Source of the DNA: Raillietiella orientalis
Lineage: Eukaryota
Direction of reading: 5' to 3'
NCBI GenBank assembly: GCA_036172245.1
Contig: JAYWIR010000006.1
Location: 5,642,001 to 5,706,000 of the forward strand
Length of the DNA: 64,000 nucleotides
Shown: piece by piece, positions 25,086 through 37,200 of the stretch
Position numbering within the stretch: the first letter of the stretch is position 1
Layout of the letters: each line of letters starts with the position of its first letter
The notes under the pieces: generated by a model
Told to the model about the DNA's origin: nothing
The model's input: only the letters and a program-made list of their open reading frames with translations
The model's database searches: none
Translations under genes and position numbers: made by a program

Positions 25086-26169
25086 GTATCTTGAAGAATT
25101 AACACGTACCCTCGCGTAGGGTGGGGAACAGTCTCAAAGAGCTGCGTGGGCCGCTAGTTCTACTCAGCGAACCCCCCCCCCCCTTCCCCGAAAAACAAGC
25201 TGAAAGGAATAACAGCGAAGAAGGATTTCCAACAATGTGAAACGATTCCGCTGTTTTTCTTCCCCCTCCTTCCCACCCATCTCGTCTTTTCAGCTGCTAA
25301 AAATAGCCCATCCTTAGTCCCCTTGGATGTGATTGCTACCATTGTTGAGCAACTGCATGTAAGCGCAACGTTCCGATGCATGCGATTCATTCCAAGGGAG
25401 GTGGTCGAGAGCGCTCGTCAACGTGCGTTAACGAGCCTGCGTTAGTGAATCCTTTGCGCCCTCTCTAGGCAGCTCCTGGCTTCTCGGAAAGGCGACAGTC
25501 GCGACTGTTCCGGAGCACGATTCCATGTGAAATGGAAACGTAACTCGCAGGTCCTGCTCCCCCCGTACTCCTCCCTCGGAGCGCGAACAAACAGGGCAAA
25601 CCCGGGTTTCGCAGGGGAGCTGCCTGCTACCGTGTTAGGTCCTCAGAGATTACCCCCCCCGTTCGGAAACGCCTTCACGAAGCCGAGCGCCTACAGCGTT
25701 CCGGGAGTGTTCTCGCAGGCGGATGGAGTCCCGCTGCTCCAGGCAAGTGAAGCACCAGTGGAGAGACTTGGGCACGCCACAGCAAAGTGTCCTTACCCGC
25801 CGATGTTTTGCGGCCGGCAGGCTCGCTGAACGCAGGGGCCGGTGCAGGAGGCTGCAGCGCTGCTGCATCCGGAAATCTCAGGTGGTGAGAAAAGGACTGA
25901 CGTCCCGCGAAGGCAGCAGGGTTGTCGTCCTTTCTCGGAAACTAACCGCGGATAACCGCTCGGTTCCTGAACCTTGAAGTTTTCGAAGGTGTTGACGGGA
26001 GGAACGTGGAGGAAACTTCGTAGGGTCTCCCCGTGAGGAAGGGGAGGGGGAGGTCCGAATGCAAATCAACCCGCCGGTTTGGAGTGAGCTCTTCAAGAAC
26101 CGATGGTAAGCAAAAAAAAAAACGCGCATAATCGGTGTTTTCGGTGTAGCGGTTTCCCGGGTGACCACG

Positions 26170-28940
26170 ATCAGCTGCAGAAACGCATGACGTGGCGCTG
26201 ACCATGCGTATGCGCAACCGTGTGAGTTCCTCCCGAGCCCACGAACGGGGTGGGAGCCCGCGAAAGACACAGGTTCCGGCAGAGTAACCGCTCCTTCGGG
26301 AGGCCGGGGAAGAAGCCGGCGGGAGTTTCCGCTCCTCCCGGAGCGGAGCACAGGGAAGAGGCGGAAGGCGGGGGGCAGTCACGTGACCCCGGCATCTCGA
26401 ACTCTCGCGGTTTCAGGTGTCGTCTTCCGAGAGCACGCGCCCATGAGGGAGGGGGGGAGGAGAGGGGCAAGGAGAAGGGAAGGGATCGAGGCGGTCACGC
26501 AACTCCGTCTTCGCCCTATCCGCATTGGGACGGAACCTCCGCGCGCGCCTCGGAGGTGCCTCCCGCCTGTGTGCCGGAACCCAGAGAGCTCTCTGATTGG
26601 TGGGTCCGGGCGGCACGTTCGCAGGGACGGAATTTCCACCCAGCATCCACGGAGCGCGAGCGAGAGACAAGGAAGAAGAGGCCGGCACGCTCGCTGCCCG
26701 CCTCGGTTGTTTGTTTGTTTGCCTTCCCTCCCTCCCCCTTCCAACGCTGCCCTCCAGGAACGTTGCTGCCGCGCGCGGCTGGACGCTCCTCTGCCTCTCT
26801 CGCTTCGCTGATCGCTGCCGCCGGTTGCCGGGTGACGCTGCCTGTCGTCAACCGGCATCCCCGCATGCGACGATACTGCTCTCCGGCCAGGGATGATAAA
26901 TCCTCCGCATCTTCGACCGGCTCCTCGCGCAGATTCATCCTTTTCGAGGCTGCTTGCCTTTACCCTTAATGATGACGCAATTCTTCTTCTTCTCTTGAGT
27001 TCTACTCTGCCTGGTCCTCCTCCCGACCTGAACAATCCATAAATGGAAAATCTATTTTTGACAAACACGGGTAATGCCGAAAGCGAGCAGAAACGCGGGT
27101 GAGACAAGGGGCATGGGGGAGGAAGGGGGGCAGGGCAGTGTGCGAGGACGCTCCGCAACTCCCATGCAGCTGTGGGCGCTCGCCACCACTACCACCGCCA
27201 ACTTTCTCCCCTACCGACGGCGTTTCCAAATGCATCGGCCGGGGGGGGGCCGGCACGATGGCTTTCGTTTCCTTCCGTCCTTCCTCCTCTCTCTCCCTTC
27301 CTCCTGCAAGAAGCACAACCGGAGGGCCTCCTGGAACGGAACTTTCGAACGGCGTCTTTGGCGCCCCCTCGTTCAGACAGAGTCTCGCTGCCTATTGGCG
27401 CGACTCAGGGGTGCCACTCCACTCGGCAGCGTCCAGGAGGATTCTCGGGCACTTCCGTTCTTCGTCGCCGCCCCTCCCGACTGCCTACTGGTGAGATGCA
27501 GGGGTGCCACTCCACTCTGTTGTGGTTTCTCTCGGCTTCCAAGTAACCCCTCGGGCGCCCGCGGGATGCGGGAGTTTCCAAGTTTCACAGACGAAAGTCG
27601 TCGTCAGAGGTCGTGTTTTCACGGGGAGATGAAGAGGCTGCCATGATGGATGCTTCCTGAATTTTGACAGGGCTGCGACCACCTGACCGATGGTGCATTC
27701 CGATTCCCGCATCCTGACGGGGACGCTGAAGGAATCCCATTGTCTGGCCACCGTCGCGGCCCGAGCGCGGCCCAGTATTTGCATACAATGTCTCATCCGA
27801 GGTCACGGGCATTCCATTGTGAACAGGAAATCACCAATCAGCGCGGCTTCCGTACGGCTCGGACGCGCGCGCGGCACCCATAAATCGCGTCCCGGCCCAC
27901 TTCCTCCTTGCGGTGCCACTCCGTGTGCGTCGCCGCCGCCGCCGCCGCGCAGCGGCGCACGGGTCGCCTGGACCCGCTTGCCGGAGAGGGAGGAGTGGAA
28001 GGGCATCACGCGATGGCCCTGGGCACGTCTCCCAGGAAACGCCCCAGCTTCGCGCGCCCTCCGGGCTGACCTCTGCCGTTCCTCCCGGGGACGAGGCAGA
28101 GGCACTGACGCTTTACCGGCGGGGCTTAAGATGGCGCCGCCATCGTCCCTCGCGGCCCAACTCCTCCGCCTCCCCCCCACCCCTGCCTTCACGAGCAGAG
28201 AGGGAGACCGACTAAGGGTGACGTCCCCTGCGGGAGCCACGGGAGGGTGCTCACGCTCCCTGAGATGCGGCAAGGAGGCTCCATAGCCCCGGATCACCAG
28301 GAATTCTGTTTTCCGCTTTCCTTTCCCCGCGCTTCCTTGCAGTCTCCAGGCAACCGACAGGAACATGCCTTTTCCTCTCCGACTAGGGTCCCCGCCTCCT
28401 TCCCGGAGTCCCTCGGGCTCGCAGCTCCCGGGTCATCCTGGAGGCAACCCGCTGGCCGGGAGGGGGAAACTGGCGGGAAACGGGGCAGGAAGCATTCCCG
28501 GAAGCGCGGGAAACTCCGGAAGGAACCCGGCGGGACGCACATGTGCGCGCGCGCGAAAGAGAGAGAGGGAGGGAGAGGGGCAGGGTCGCGCGCGAGCGGG
28601 CGGGTTGCCTCAGGCCGTCGTCATCGCCACGTTCTCGCGCGCGCGGTCACGTGACCGGCGGCAGTCGTTCCAGCCTCCTCCGCAGTCGCCGTTCCCACGC
28701 GCCCGCCCGGGCCAGGGGGAGACGGGGGTTGGGCGGCGCGGCTGCGGGGGCGGTCACTCGGACCTGTCTCGGGCTCGGACATATGGAAGCCGCGGACATG
28801 CTCCCGGAAGGCAGAGGGGCCTCTTTGCTGTGCAGGCGCTCCCGGCGGCACGCGTGCGGATCCTCCAATCAGAATCGCGCGCTTGCGCAGACGAACAGGC
28901 GGCCAATGGGAGCCCGGCGCGCCCGGTCGGAGCCAACAGG
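26170..28940. promoter_or_regulatory. Promoter/enhancer-like motif cluster with no assigned gene
   Basis: GTCACGTGAC at 26378-26387 and GGTCACGTGACC at 28645-28656; YY1-like AAGATGGCG at 28128-28136; several CCAAT/ATTGG and CCGGAAG (ETS-like) motifs in CpG-rich DNA. Motif matches only. Confidence 0.35.
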
Positions 28941-29829
28941 AGCGGACGGCCGCACCCAAAAAGGGACCAAGGGCTGGCGTAGGGGGTCACGCGCGCTCTG
29001 GAATCTCAGGGGTGACAGCAGAGACTGCGTTCCGCATCCTCTGGGAGGACCACGCCTAGGGGGGAGACTGCGCGATCTCCTCAGGATGGGGTCGAGTCGC
29101 TTAGCGATGTACCCCGGGGGGCACCTTCCTCTATCTGGTGATCCGGTCTCCCAGACCCTCCGCTTCCCCGAGCAGCGGCGTCACGGGGCATGGTGTCGGG
29201 AGTGGCGGTCACGGGAAGGGGAGGCGCACAGGGGAGGTTCGCGGCTAGGACGACCGAGTGAACCTGGGGGGCAAGCAAAGGGCTCCAAGAGGGAACCGAA
29301 GGTTCTCTGGGCAGTGGGAAGGGCAGACTCGACCGTCGGCCGGTATGAAGAGCCTCTCGCTCAGTCGTGCCCGTCCCCCTCCCCGAGAGGGAAAGAATGG
29401 GCTGATCAGTCTCTCGGCCCGGGATTTCGCAAGCTCCAGCTCGAGACCAAGGGCAGGCGAACGGAGGGCAATCGGCCCGTTCTCCGGACCACCAACCGAG
29501 CCGGCAGAAATCTCTGATCCGCTCTCCGCCTCCGAGATCGCAGCGAGGAGGAAGGGGAAAGGAGGTCACGCCCAACGGGGAGTCTCTTAGCTTCCCCAGG
29601 GCCGCACGCCCACCAGGGTCTGACGGGCAAGGTGCGCCGCTACCTGGAGGTACGCAGAGACTCCGCTAGGCGGAGTCGGAGGTGACTGAAGGACGGAGTC
29701 GCTGTTGCGTCGGAAGCCCAGAAGTTCCGTCGTGCCGTTCGTGGTACGTCGCTGATGTGCCGGTGCTCGGCAGGGATGTCTTCGGTGCATCCACTCGCTC
29801 AACCTGTCGCATTCTGGCAGCCCCCGAAT

Positions 29830-30090
29830 GGCTATCCTTCCCTTCCTGCTCCTCCTCTCTTCCTTTCCTCTTCCTCCTTTCTTCTTCCTTTCCTCTTCCT
29901 CCTTTCTTCCTCCTTCCTCTTCCTCTTCCTTTTTCCTCCTCCATTTCCCCTTTCTCTCCACTCCTCCTTCCCCATTCCTCTTCCCTTCCTCCTCCTCCTC
30001 CTCTTCCTCTCCTTCTCTTCCTCCCTTCCTCTTTTTCTTTTCTTGCTCATCTTCCTTCCCTGTCTTGACGCTTCTTCTTCCCTCCCCTGC
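29830..30090. repeat. Polypyrimidine (CT-rich) low-complexity tract
   Basis: ~260 bp almost entirely C/T on the + strand. Confidence 0.9.
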
Positions 30091-33000
30091 AGACGTAGGG
30101 CGGCCAGGTAGCGCTCGGATGGGACTACCCGGCAAGAATGGCGAGTGAGGGAGAACGACGCGCATCCCGCTTTGTTCCCTCTTTGTTCGGCTCCTCCCAC
30201 AGGCTTCCCTCTGGCTGGCTATTCCCCTTAGCTATGTGCCCGTTGTTTCTGCTGCCGCTGCTCTGCTTCTTGCTGCTCCCGCCTTTTCGTTGGAGGTCGT
30301 CGTCAGCTTTTGCGAGGAGGAAAAAGAAAGGAGTGGAGGGGCTGACCGCAACGGGCCGACGTCGCCAGGGTGATGCACGGACGGGTTGAAGATCCTCGTC
30401 CGAGAAGCTGGCCTGGGGGCCTGGGAGCTCTTCTTCCCAGAGGGAGGGAGAGTTCCTTGGGCGAAGAAGTCTTTCCGGTCGCCTACGTGGATGACCGCGC
30501 TCCGACGAGCTCCATCCGTGCCCGCGCACGCGCAGCTCTGCGTGCGTTGACGCATGACGCTACAGCCCGATCGTGTTGGGCACCTCCCGCATGAGGGCGG
30601 AAGGAAGAAAGGGAGCCGGAACTTCCGCGCTCCCTAGCGGAGGGAGGGAAATCTCTCGGAGGTCAACCCCCAAATGCATTCGCGAAGCGCGAGAAGCTGC
30701 TGGAGCCGTCTCGGGTCTCGCGTTCAGTTTGCCTGCCTCCGGGGGGAAAGGAATCGCCATGGGAAGCGGGAAAGTGGCATTCGGTTGTGCTGTACCCACT
30801 GCCCGTGATTGGCGCTCCACCGCGACCGTCCTTCCGTGGCGTCCACTTCTCTCGAAGAAGGCGCTCGGCTGGGAACCCGCGGAAAGGCACTCTCCAGTGG
30901 CTGTGGCGCCTCAGCTGAGGTTGCTGACCATCCCAAAGAACCGACAGCTCCACACAACACGCCTCCTCTCTCCTCCAACTAGTAGCACGCACACGCAGAA
31001 TAATAATAATAATTATTATTATTATTACACCTTCCTGAGAGCACCTCTTGAAGAAGGAAGTGTTTTCCCTGCTGTCTTCCTCCGCAGACCATTTTGCAGC
31101 TCGGCCTATCGGTTGTGGTGAGTGTGAAAATGCGCTGCGGTTCCCGGAATGGCTCTAGGGAAAAGTGGGAATCGCCAGCTCGTTCGAGTGCATCCCTTCT
31201 TGCACCCTACAGGAAGCGCCTTGGCTCTTTGGCATGTGTGGTAGGAATCCGCGGATGCTTTGTTCGTCACGATTTGCAGCGATTCCGTTGTCGAAAACAA
31301 ACCCATACACAAGAAGAAGGATGCACGTCGCACCTGTATTCATCGCCAAGACGTAAATAAATAAAGTTTCGCGTGCACTGACATCCGCTGCCGCAATAAC
31401 GCAGGCAAAGCTGGAAACTCGCCGTTTTGATGTGAACTGCAGAATGACTTTGGTTGCGCGGGAAAAGGAAAAAGGAAGAAAAAAATAACAACAAAATGCA
31501 CGCCGCCCCTGAGCGGCGAACGCGGAGGCCTGCAGGGGGGAGGGGAAGTGGCAACAATGCTTCCGCTCGCTCTTGTTCTGAAGGGGTTTGAGAGCAGTCA
31601 AACAATGAGCTCGAACAAGCGCGCACGGTCGTTGCCTTGGAAACGCCTCGTTCGTGGCTACCTGCGACTTGGCGCTTTTCGATCAGGGGTGCCGATACTC
31701 AGCCAGCGCTGCGGCGGCGCCTCCAACGCAACGTCAGGCTTTGCAACATCCTTTCGGGCAGGAAAAGACGAGTCTCCGGAGTACCTGGCACCAGAGGACG
31801 GCGAGCTCGCCGTCCTTGCTGCGTGCAGCACTCTCTGCCTGCGGATGCTGCCTTCGAGCGTGCCTCACGGCCGAGCGGGCGACGCGACGCTGCGCGCAGA
31901 CCGGAAGGATCGGCGCGCCGTCCTGCTCCATGCCCGTTGGAGGCTACTCCCTGTCCACACGATGCTTGCCTCCGTCCTGTTCGCCTGCAGAGAGGGAACG
32001 CCATTTGCATAGCGCGGTGGAGAGAACTTCGATCTTGGAGACAGGGGAGGCGCACGGAAGCGCAAAGAGCTTCCCGGAGGAGGAGCTCGCCGAAAAGGTA
32101 GGTGACCTTGGCCGCTATCTCATCCTTCCCGGAATCCTATTCCCTCCTTCGCTCCTCGACGCCTTCCGGCCATTCCCGACCGCCGAGAGTCTTTTTCTTT
32201 CGCGGCTGACCCATGCTCCCATAGAGGGGAGCGAAGGAACGGCGAGCAGTTGCCAAGAGCGGGCAACCCCGGAGAGGAGGATCCTTTGCGAGGCATCCCT
32301 GCTTCCCTCCCCCCTCCTTCTGATGAGCGGCGAGACCACTTCCGAAAACATCTGGGCGAGCGTTCCTTCCCTGCAGCGTGCAAAGCCCCCTTTTCGACAG
32401 GACGAAACCAGGACACGATTGCCTCAGAGAGACGATCCCGGAAGCTAGGAAGGGAAGGTTCCTCCTGAGGGGGGAGGGGGGAGCGAAGCGAGGAGAGGTC
32501 CATCCAGGCTTCCCTCCGATCTCCCACCCTCTTGGAGCGGGAAGCAGGAAGGGAGCCGATGCAGCGGTCTCCTACCCTTCTACGGAAGGGTAGGGAAAGA
32601 CCATCCAGGAAGCGAAGGGCTCAGAGCGAGACCGGACGTTGCGGCTCCCGCACCTACCTTGCCTTCCCCCAGGGAAAAGTATCCTCCTTTTCCCTGGTCT
32701 AGAGGACGCTCCGGAGGACTCCAGCCCCCCTGTTCTCCGTGTTTGCTCCTCGCCGGCAGCGGCCTCAGGAGGAACCAGGTGCCTCTTTCAGCTGCCTCTT
32801 CATTCAGTGGGGCAGTTCTCCCCTGGAGGCAAGCGTTCCCTCTCCGCTGCGCCTTCGCCGGCACGCGGAAGGAACGGTCTCTGCAAGCACGCCGCAGGAA
32901 GGTGCGCCTCGCGGTGACTCGGCCAATAGGAGCAGCCGCTTTGCCCGGTGCACTCTGGCGCGCGCTCACTCCAGCATCCACATCCTCGTGAACCACACAC

Positions 33001-34151
33001 TTCGCCGGTGCGTATACGTGCGCAGATGCATTGGACTCATTAGCGTGCGAGGGTAGAGATACATTCGAGCGATATATACAGCACATTCGTACCAAGACAG
33101 CATGAATGAGTACCTTGTAACGGGAGATGTGTGGTGACGACGGGAGACACAGGAAAATTTCAGCAAAGCACACGCTCGGAGGATGGGGGAGGGCCGAGAG
33201 CCGTTTCAGCGCGCCAGCGGATCTCCCAGCATGCACCGCCGGCCATTGTTGCGTGGAGCAGCCTCGCTTCCGGAAGCAGCGACAAAAAAGCGGCCGGCGG
33301 GAAACGGCGATACTCCGTCCAAGAAGCGCCTGAGAGATTCTGCTGGAGGTTTCAGCCCGAGCGGAAGGTTCTTCTGCTCTTCTCCGCTTCCCTTGCCTTC
33401 CGTTAGCGCTCTGCAGCTGCCGGCCGGATGCGTTCGACCCTCCGACTGCCAGCTGCTCCTGATGCACGCGATTTTTGCCACCATGGTTTCGGCTCTCAGG
33501 TGTCTCCTCTGGCCACTCTGGCCGATGGCTGGTCCAGTAGACTCCTGATCACTTCATCACCAGCATCACGGTGGATGCCGGTCGCTGCCAGTGTGCAGGT
33601 CGCTTTTCGACGGCTCTTCAGATGCTCTGGCAAGGAAATGCACCGAGCACCCGTAGTAGCGGGTTCCTGAACGGAGGGTGGGGAAAGGAAACGGTTAGCA
33701 GCAGTTCCAACCTCATGGAGAATGCGTCGACCCTCCTCCCCATGCCTATGCGATCGACCACGGTCACGAGGCAAGAGCTGATTTGGGGGAGGGGAGGGGG
33801 GTTAACATTGTGTAGTTGCAAGGAGCTCTGTTGAGATCTTGGATATCTGAAGCCTCCCGGACTGATCCAGCATATTCAGGACCAAGACACTTCTCCGTGA
33901 GCAGCCCGCCTGGCAGCTCTGCGAGGGAATTCTGCACGAGCGTGGTGACGCATCGTGCCCGATGGCTGTTGCTGGTAACACGTTCATGATGAGCATCCGG
34001 AACGAAAACAAGAACGGATCACGCAGAGGGCCGCAGATAGAATGTTCGGCAAGCCGAGAGGAATTTCTTCCGACAACCGAAAAGATTTGCCATCAAATTG
34101 GGCGGAAACCCATTCCCTTTAATGAGTGGCATGCTGTGTTCCCATGGAAAC

Positions 34152-34247
34152 TACACACTTGGTCCTCCACTTACGAACGCTCGACTTACGAACGGGGAGT
34201 CTGGCGACATAACTCATCTGCAAGTCGAAGGTCCGGCTTGCTGCGTA
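34152..34247. mobile_element. Possible degenerate pogo/Tigger-type MITE remnant
   Basis: The left end GGTCCTCCACTTACGAACGCTCGACTTACGAAC resembles Tigger-type termini with a duplicated CTTACGAAC. An imperfect inverse (GCAAGTCGAAGGTCC) lies ~30 bp further on. Confidence 0.3.
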
Positions 34248-37200
34248 CACGTTTGAGCAAACAAGCAAAGATAGGCCCTCAGTAATGAGAGCCCTCTGTG
34301 AAGCCACTGTTGCACCACCAGGCGGACAGCGGTGCGACAACGAAGAGGCGAGCCGCGCCCCCGAATTCCAGTTTGAAAACTGCTTGCACGCGTGGTACGC
34401 TGTTACCGAAGAGGATCTTGAAGAGATTTCTCTCCACTTTTCGTCCTCTCGTGAAGCCACCCACCGATGCCATGCTCATCAACCAGGACACCATCCGGAG
34501 TGAGTAATAACTGCAGCTGCCCATTTTTAATCAGTTCATTTATGGTTTCGCATCTGTTTGTGGATGCTCAGTGCGCTCTCCAACGTCCACTCATCCGTTT
34601 GTGCACCACATGAATTAAATGGACTTGGAGACTTAGCCAAGCCAATCGCAACGTGGCGAAAACCTTTCCGAACTGGGACTCTGGTCGTTGTCCTGGGTAA
34701 TCATTAGGGCGGAGGATGGTCAGTGGTCTTCACGGTATCACACCCTCCAGGACAAAGGCAGACCTTTCCAGGGTAGACATCCTCAACCCCTACGGTCACG
34801 GACAGCAAGCGGACGCATGGAGAACAGAAAAGAAACGCTCTCTCCTGACGTCGTCTCCGATAGCACCGCAGCTACACGAAGAAAATCTGCAGCTTTCTGC
34901 ACCAAGAAAAAAGATCGGCGGCAAATTTGTTTCTCTGTTCGACGTAGCATTCCATTTGGATCCGCACATCACGCGCCTTATTCGGTAGCTGCCGGAGCAA
35001 CGATTCGTGTGCGTGTCAGGGGAAGGGGAAAGGTGAGGCTTATTGTCTGCCTCCCCTGGTTAGCTTTCTGTCATCTCCCTGTACTCGTAGCCTTTAATTC
35101 TTCCTTCTCCTTCAACAGCGCACCCTTTCCTAAAATTCCGATTCCTGCACCCTACCGGTGATTCCGTAGGGCTGCTTGCTTCGGCCTGGAGTTCCAAAGT
35201 TTCAGCAGCATCAGCAAGGTTGTGTACTTCTCCTCCTTTAGGCTACGCGCAGCCCACCTCGGAATTCTCCCTGGTGCACGCCCAACAGCGACTGATATTA
35301 GGGCAAAGAATGCCTCAAAAGTTCCAGGAGACCATTTCACGAACGCTTCAGAACAGCTCCCGGATCCAAGAAAGAGGGAAAAGAGAAGGAAAACGAGAGA
35401 GGAATGCACATTGCATGAGCAGTGCGCTCCGTTTCTGGTCAGCTGACCGGAGGTGGAAAAAGCTCTCTTGGACTCCTCTCGGTGGGGCGACGAATCGTCC
35501 GGATCCCAGGAAGAGGGGAGCGGGTCCGTCAGAATGGGTTGGCATCGGCGAACCCTGGAAACCAGACGCCGGAAAGGAAGGAGGGAGGGAGCGGAGCAGC
35601 TGTCGGCGTGCCGGCGCACCATTGCTGGTGGGTGCAGTCCTCCGGCGACCGCGCGCTGCTTGGCTACCGTCGACAGGCAACGGGCGCTCTCGAGTTGCTA
35701 ACAGTGCAGCGGGTCGATAAATCAGAGCGCACACTTGGGTCTCTCGTGCAAACGCTACTGAGAGTAGCGCGCTGATAGGTCAGCTTCGCATCTTTGCTCC
35801 TTTCCTTCTTTGGTTAAATCTGTTCAGCTGATGGATGGCGTCGAATAAGTACGTCTGTCTGTGCTATTTATAGAATTTTTGCACTGTCGATTTCAAGTGT
35901 CAAAAAAAAATAGAAAAAAAAGCGTAAATTTTGCAACTCGGAGACTGCAAGTGTCTGGCTCTGACAAACTGAAATCGATCCGAGAACTCCACCAGTGGAC
36001 AGAGCACAAGGGGGGGGGGGGAGAGGGGAAGAGCCTGCAGCCAGCATCGCAGGCCTTCGGAGTCGAGCGCTCCAGTCACGAGCGGCCGGGGAGAATCCTA
36101 TCCTCCCACTGGAGGAGCTCCGAGAAGTAAAAGGTGAAGCAGAGAAATGGTGACGGGCACTGCTCCTGAAGAGGTAGCCAGGAAAGGAGAAGGAAGGCAA
36201 GGATGGTCAGGGGGTCTGCTCAACCTCCCTTCCTCCGAGGTCGAGACGCCCGCCGCATCGGACCCTACAGCCCGCGCGTTCTGGAAAGGGGGCGTCTCGC
36301 GCGCTCAGCAGCAGCGGCGGCGGGTAGAAGAATGTTCCTCCGTGGGAGTCAGAGAAGAAACTGGGAAACAAGGAGTGACTCCAAGAACGATGCAAAGAGG
36401 GATGCGGCAGCAGGGGGAGGGAGAGAAAAGAGAAAGAGAAGGACCGCGACCCCTCTTACTCCCACCTCCCTTCCTCCCGGGGGCGTCCGTCGCGCAGTAC
36501 AGATGCACCAGGGAGGACTGGCGCGAACCGTGAGCGCGGAGGCGGTCTGCCAGCCTATCCCCCGAGAAACCGAGGCGCGGGAAGCAGCGCCATCATTCCT
36601 GCGAAAAAGGAGGAAAGTATAGTGAGAGAACTGCCTGCCAGATGGGGATGCGCTCGTGTCACCCCTGCGACGACGGCAGCCACGCCGCCGCGCACGCGAG
36701 CCTCGCTCTCGCGTGGGGCTTCGCCCTGCCGCGCGCAGTCGGCAGAAGGCAAAGAGGGGAAACAAAATAACACATAATACTGGTCGGCGGTTTGACCACA
36801 AGGTCGGTCACAAGTATGATGTAGATCTAACTGGTCAGAAATCAGAGCCGTTCCCAGGTGTCTTCCCCGTCAATCAGCTTGTAGAGAGTGAAAGGTTGTT
36901 CCGATGCCAAGCTTTATCGGCGTGTCCCCATCCTTGACCCCATCCTGCTGTACCTCCGCCTTCACTCCTGCGGGCCGTGGCTCGTAGGGAAGGAGGGCAA
37001 CAGGAGCGAACGCCACGAGCGCAGGGAGATCCCGTCCGAGGGACCAAACGCTGGGTGCAGCTGGGAGCGCTCGCCACTTCTCTGCGGGGGGAAGACGGAG
37101 AGGCGTCAGCCTTCCACCCGAGGGCACGGAGAGGTGATGTGCGGCCCTCCGCCTCTCCCGGTGGCGTCCCTAAGGCCGGCGGCAGGGAAAGGCTGGGACA

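Noticed and set aside
32320..32350. CTGATGA...GAAA as a hammerhead ribozyme core
   Set aside because: Stem II does not pair and flanking stems are not evident.
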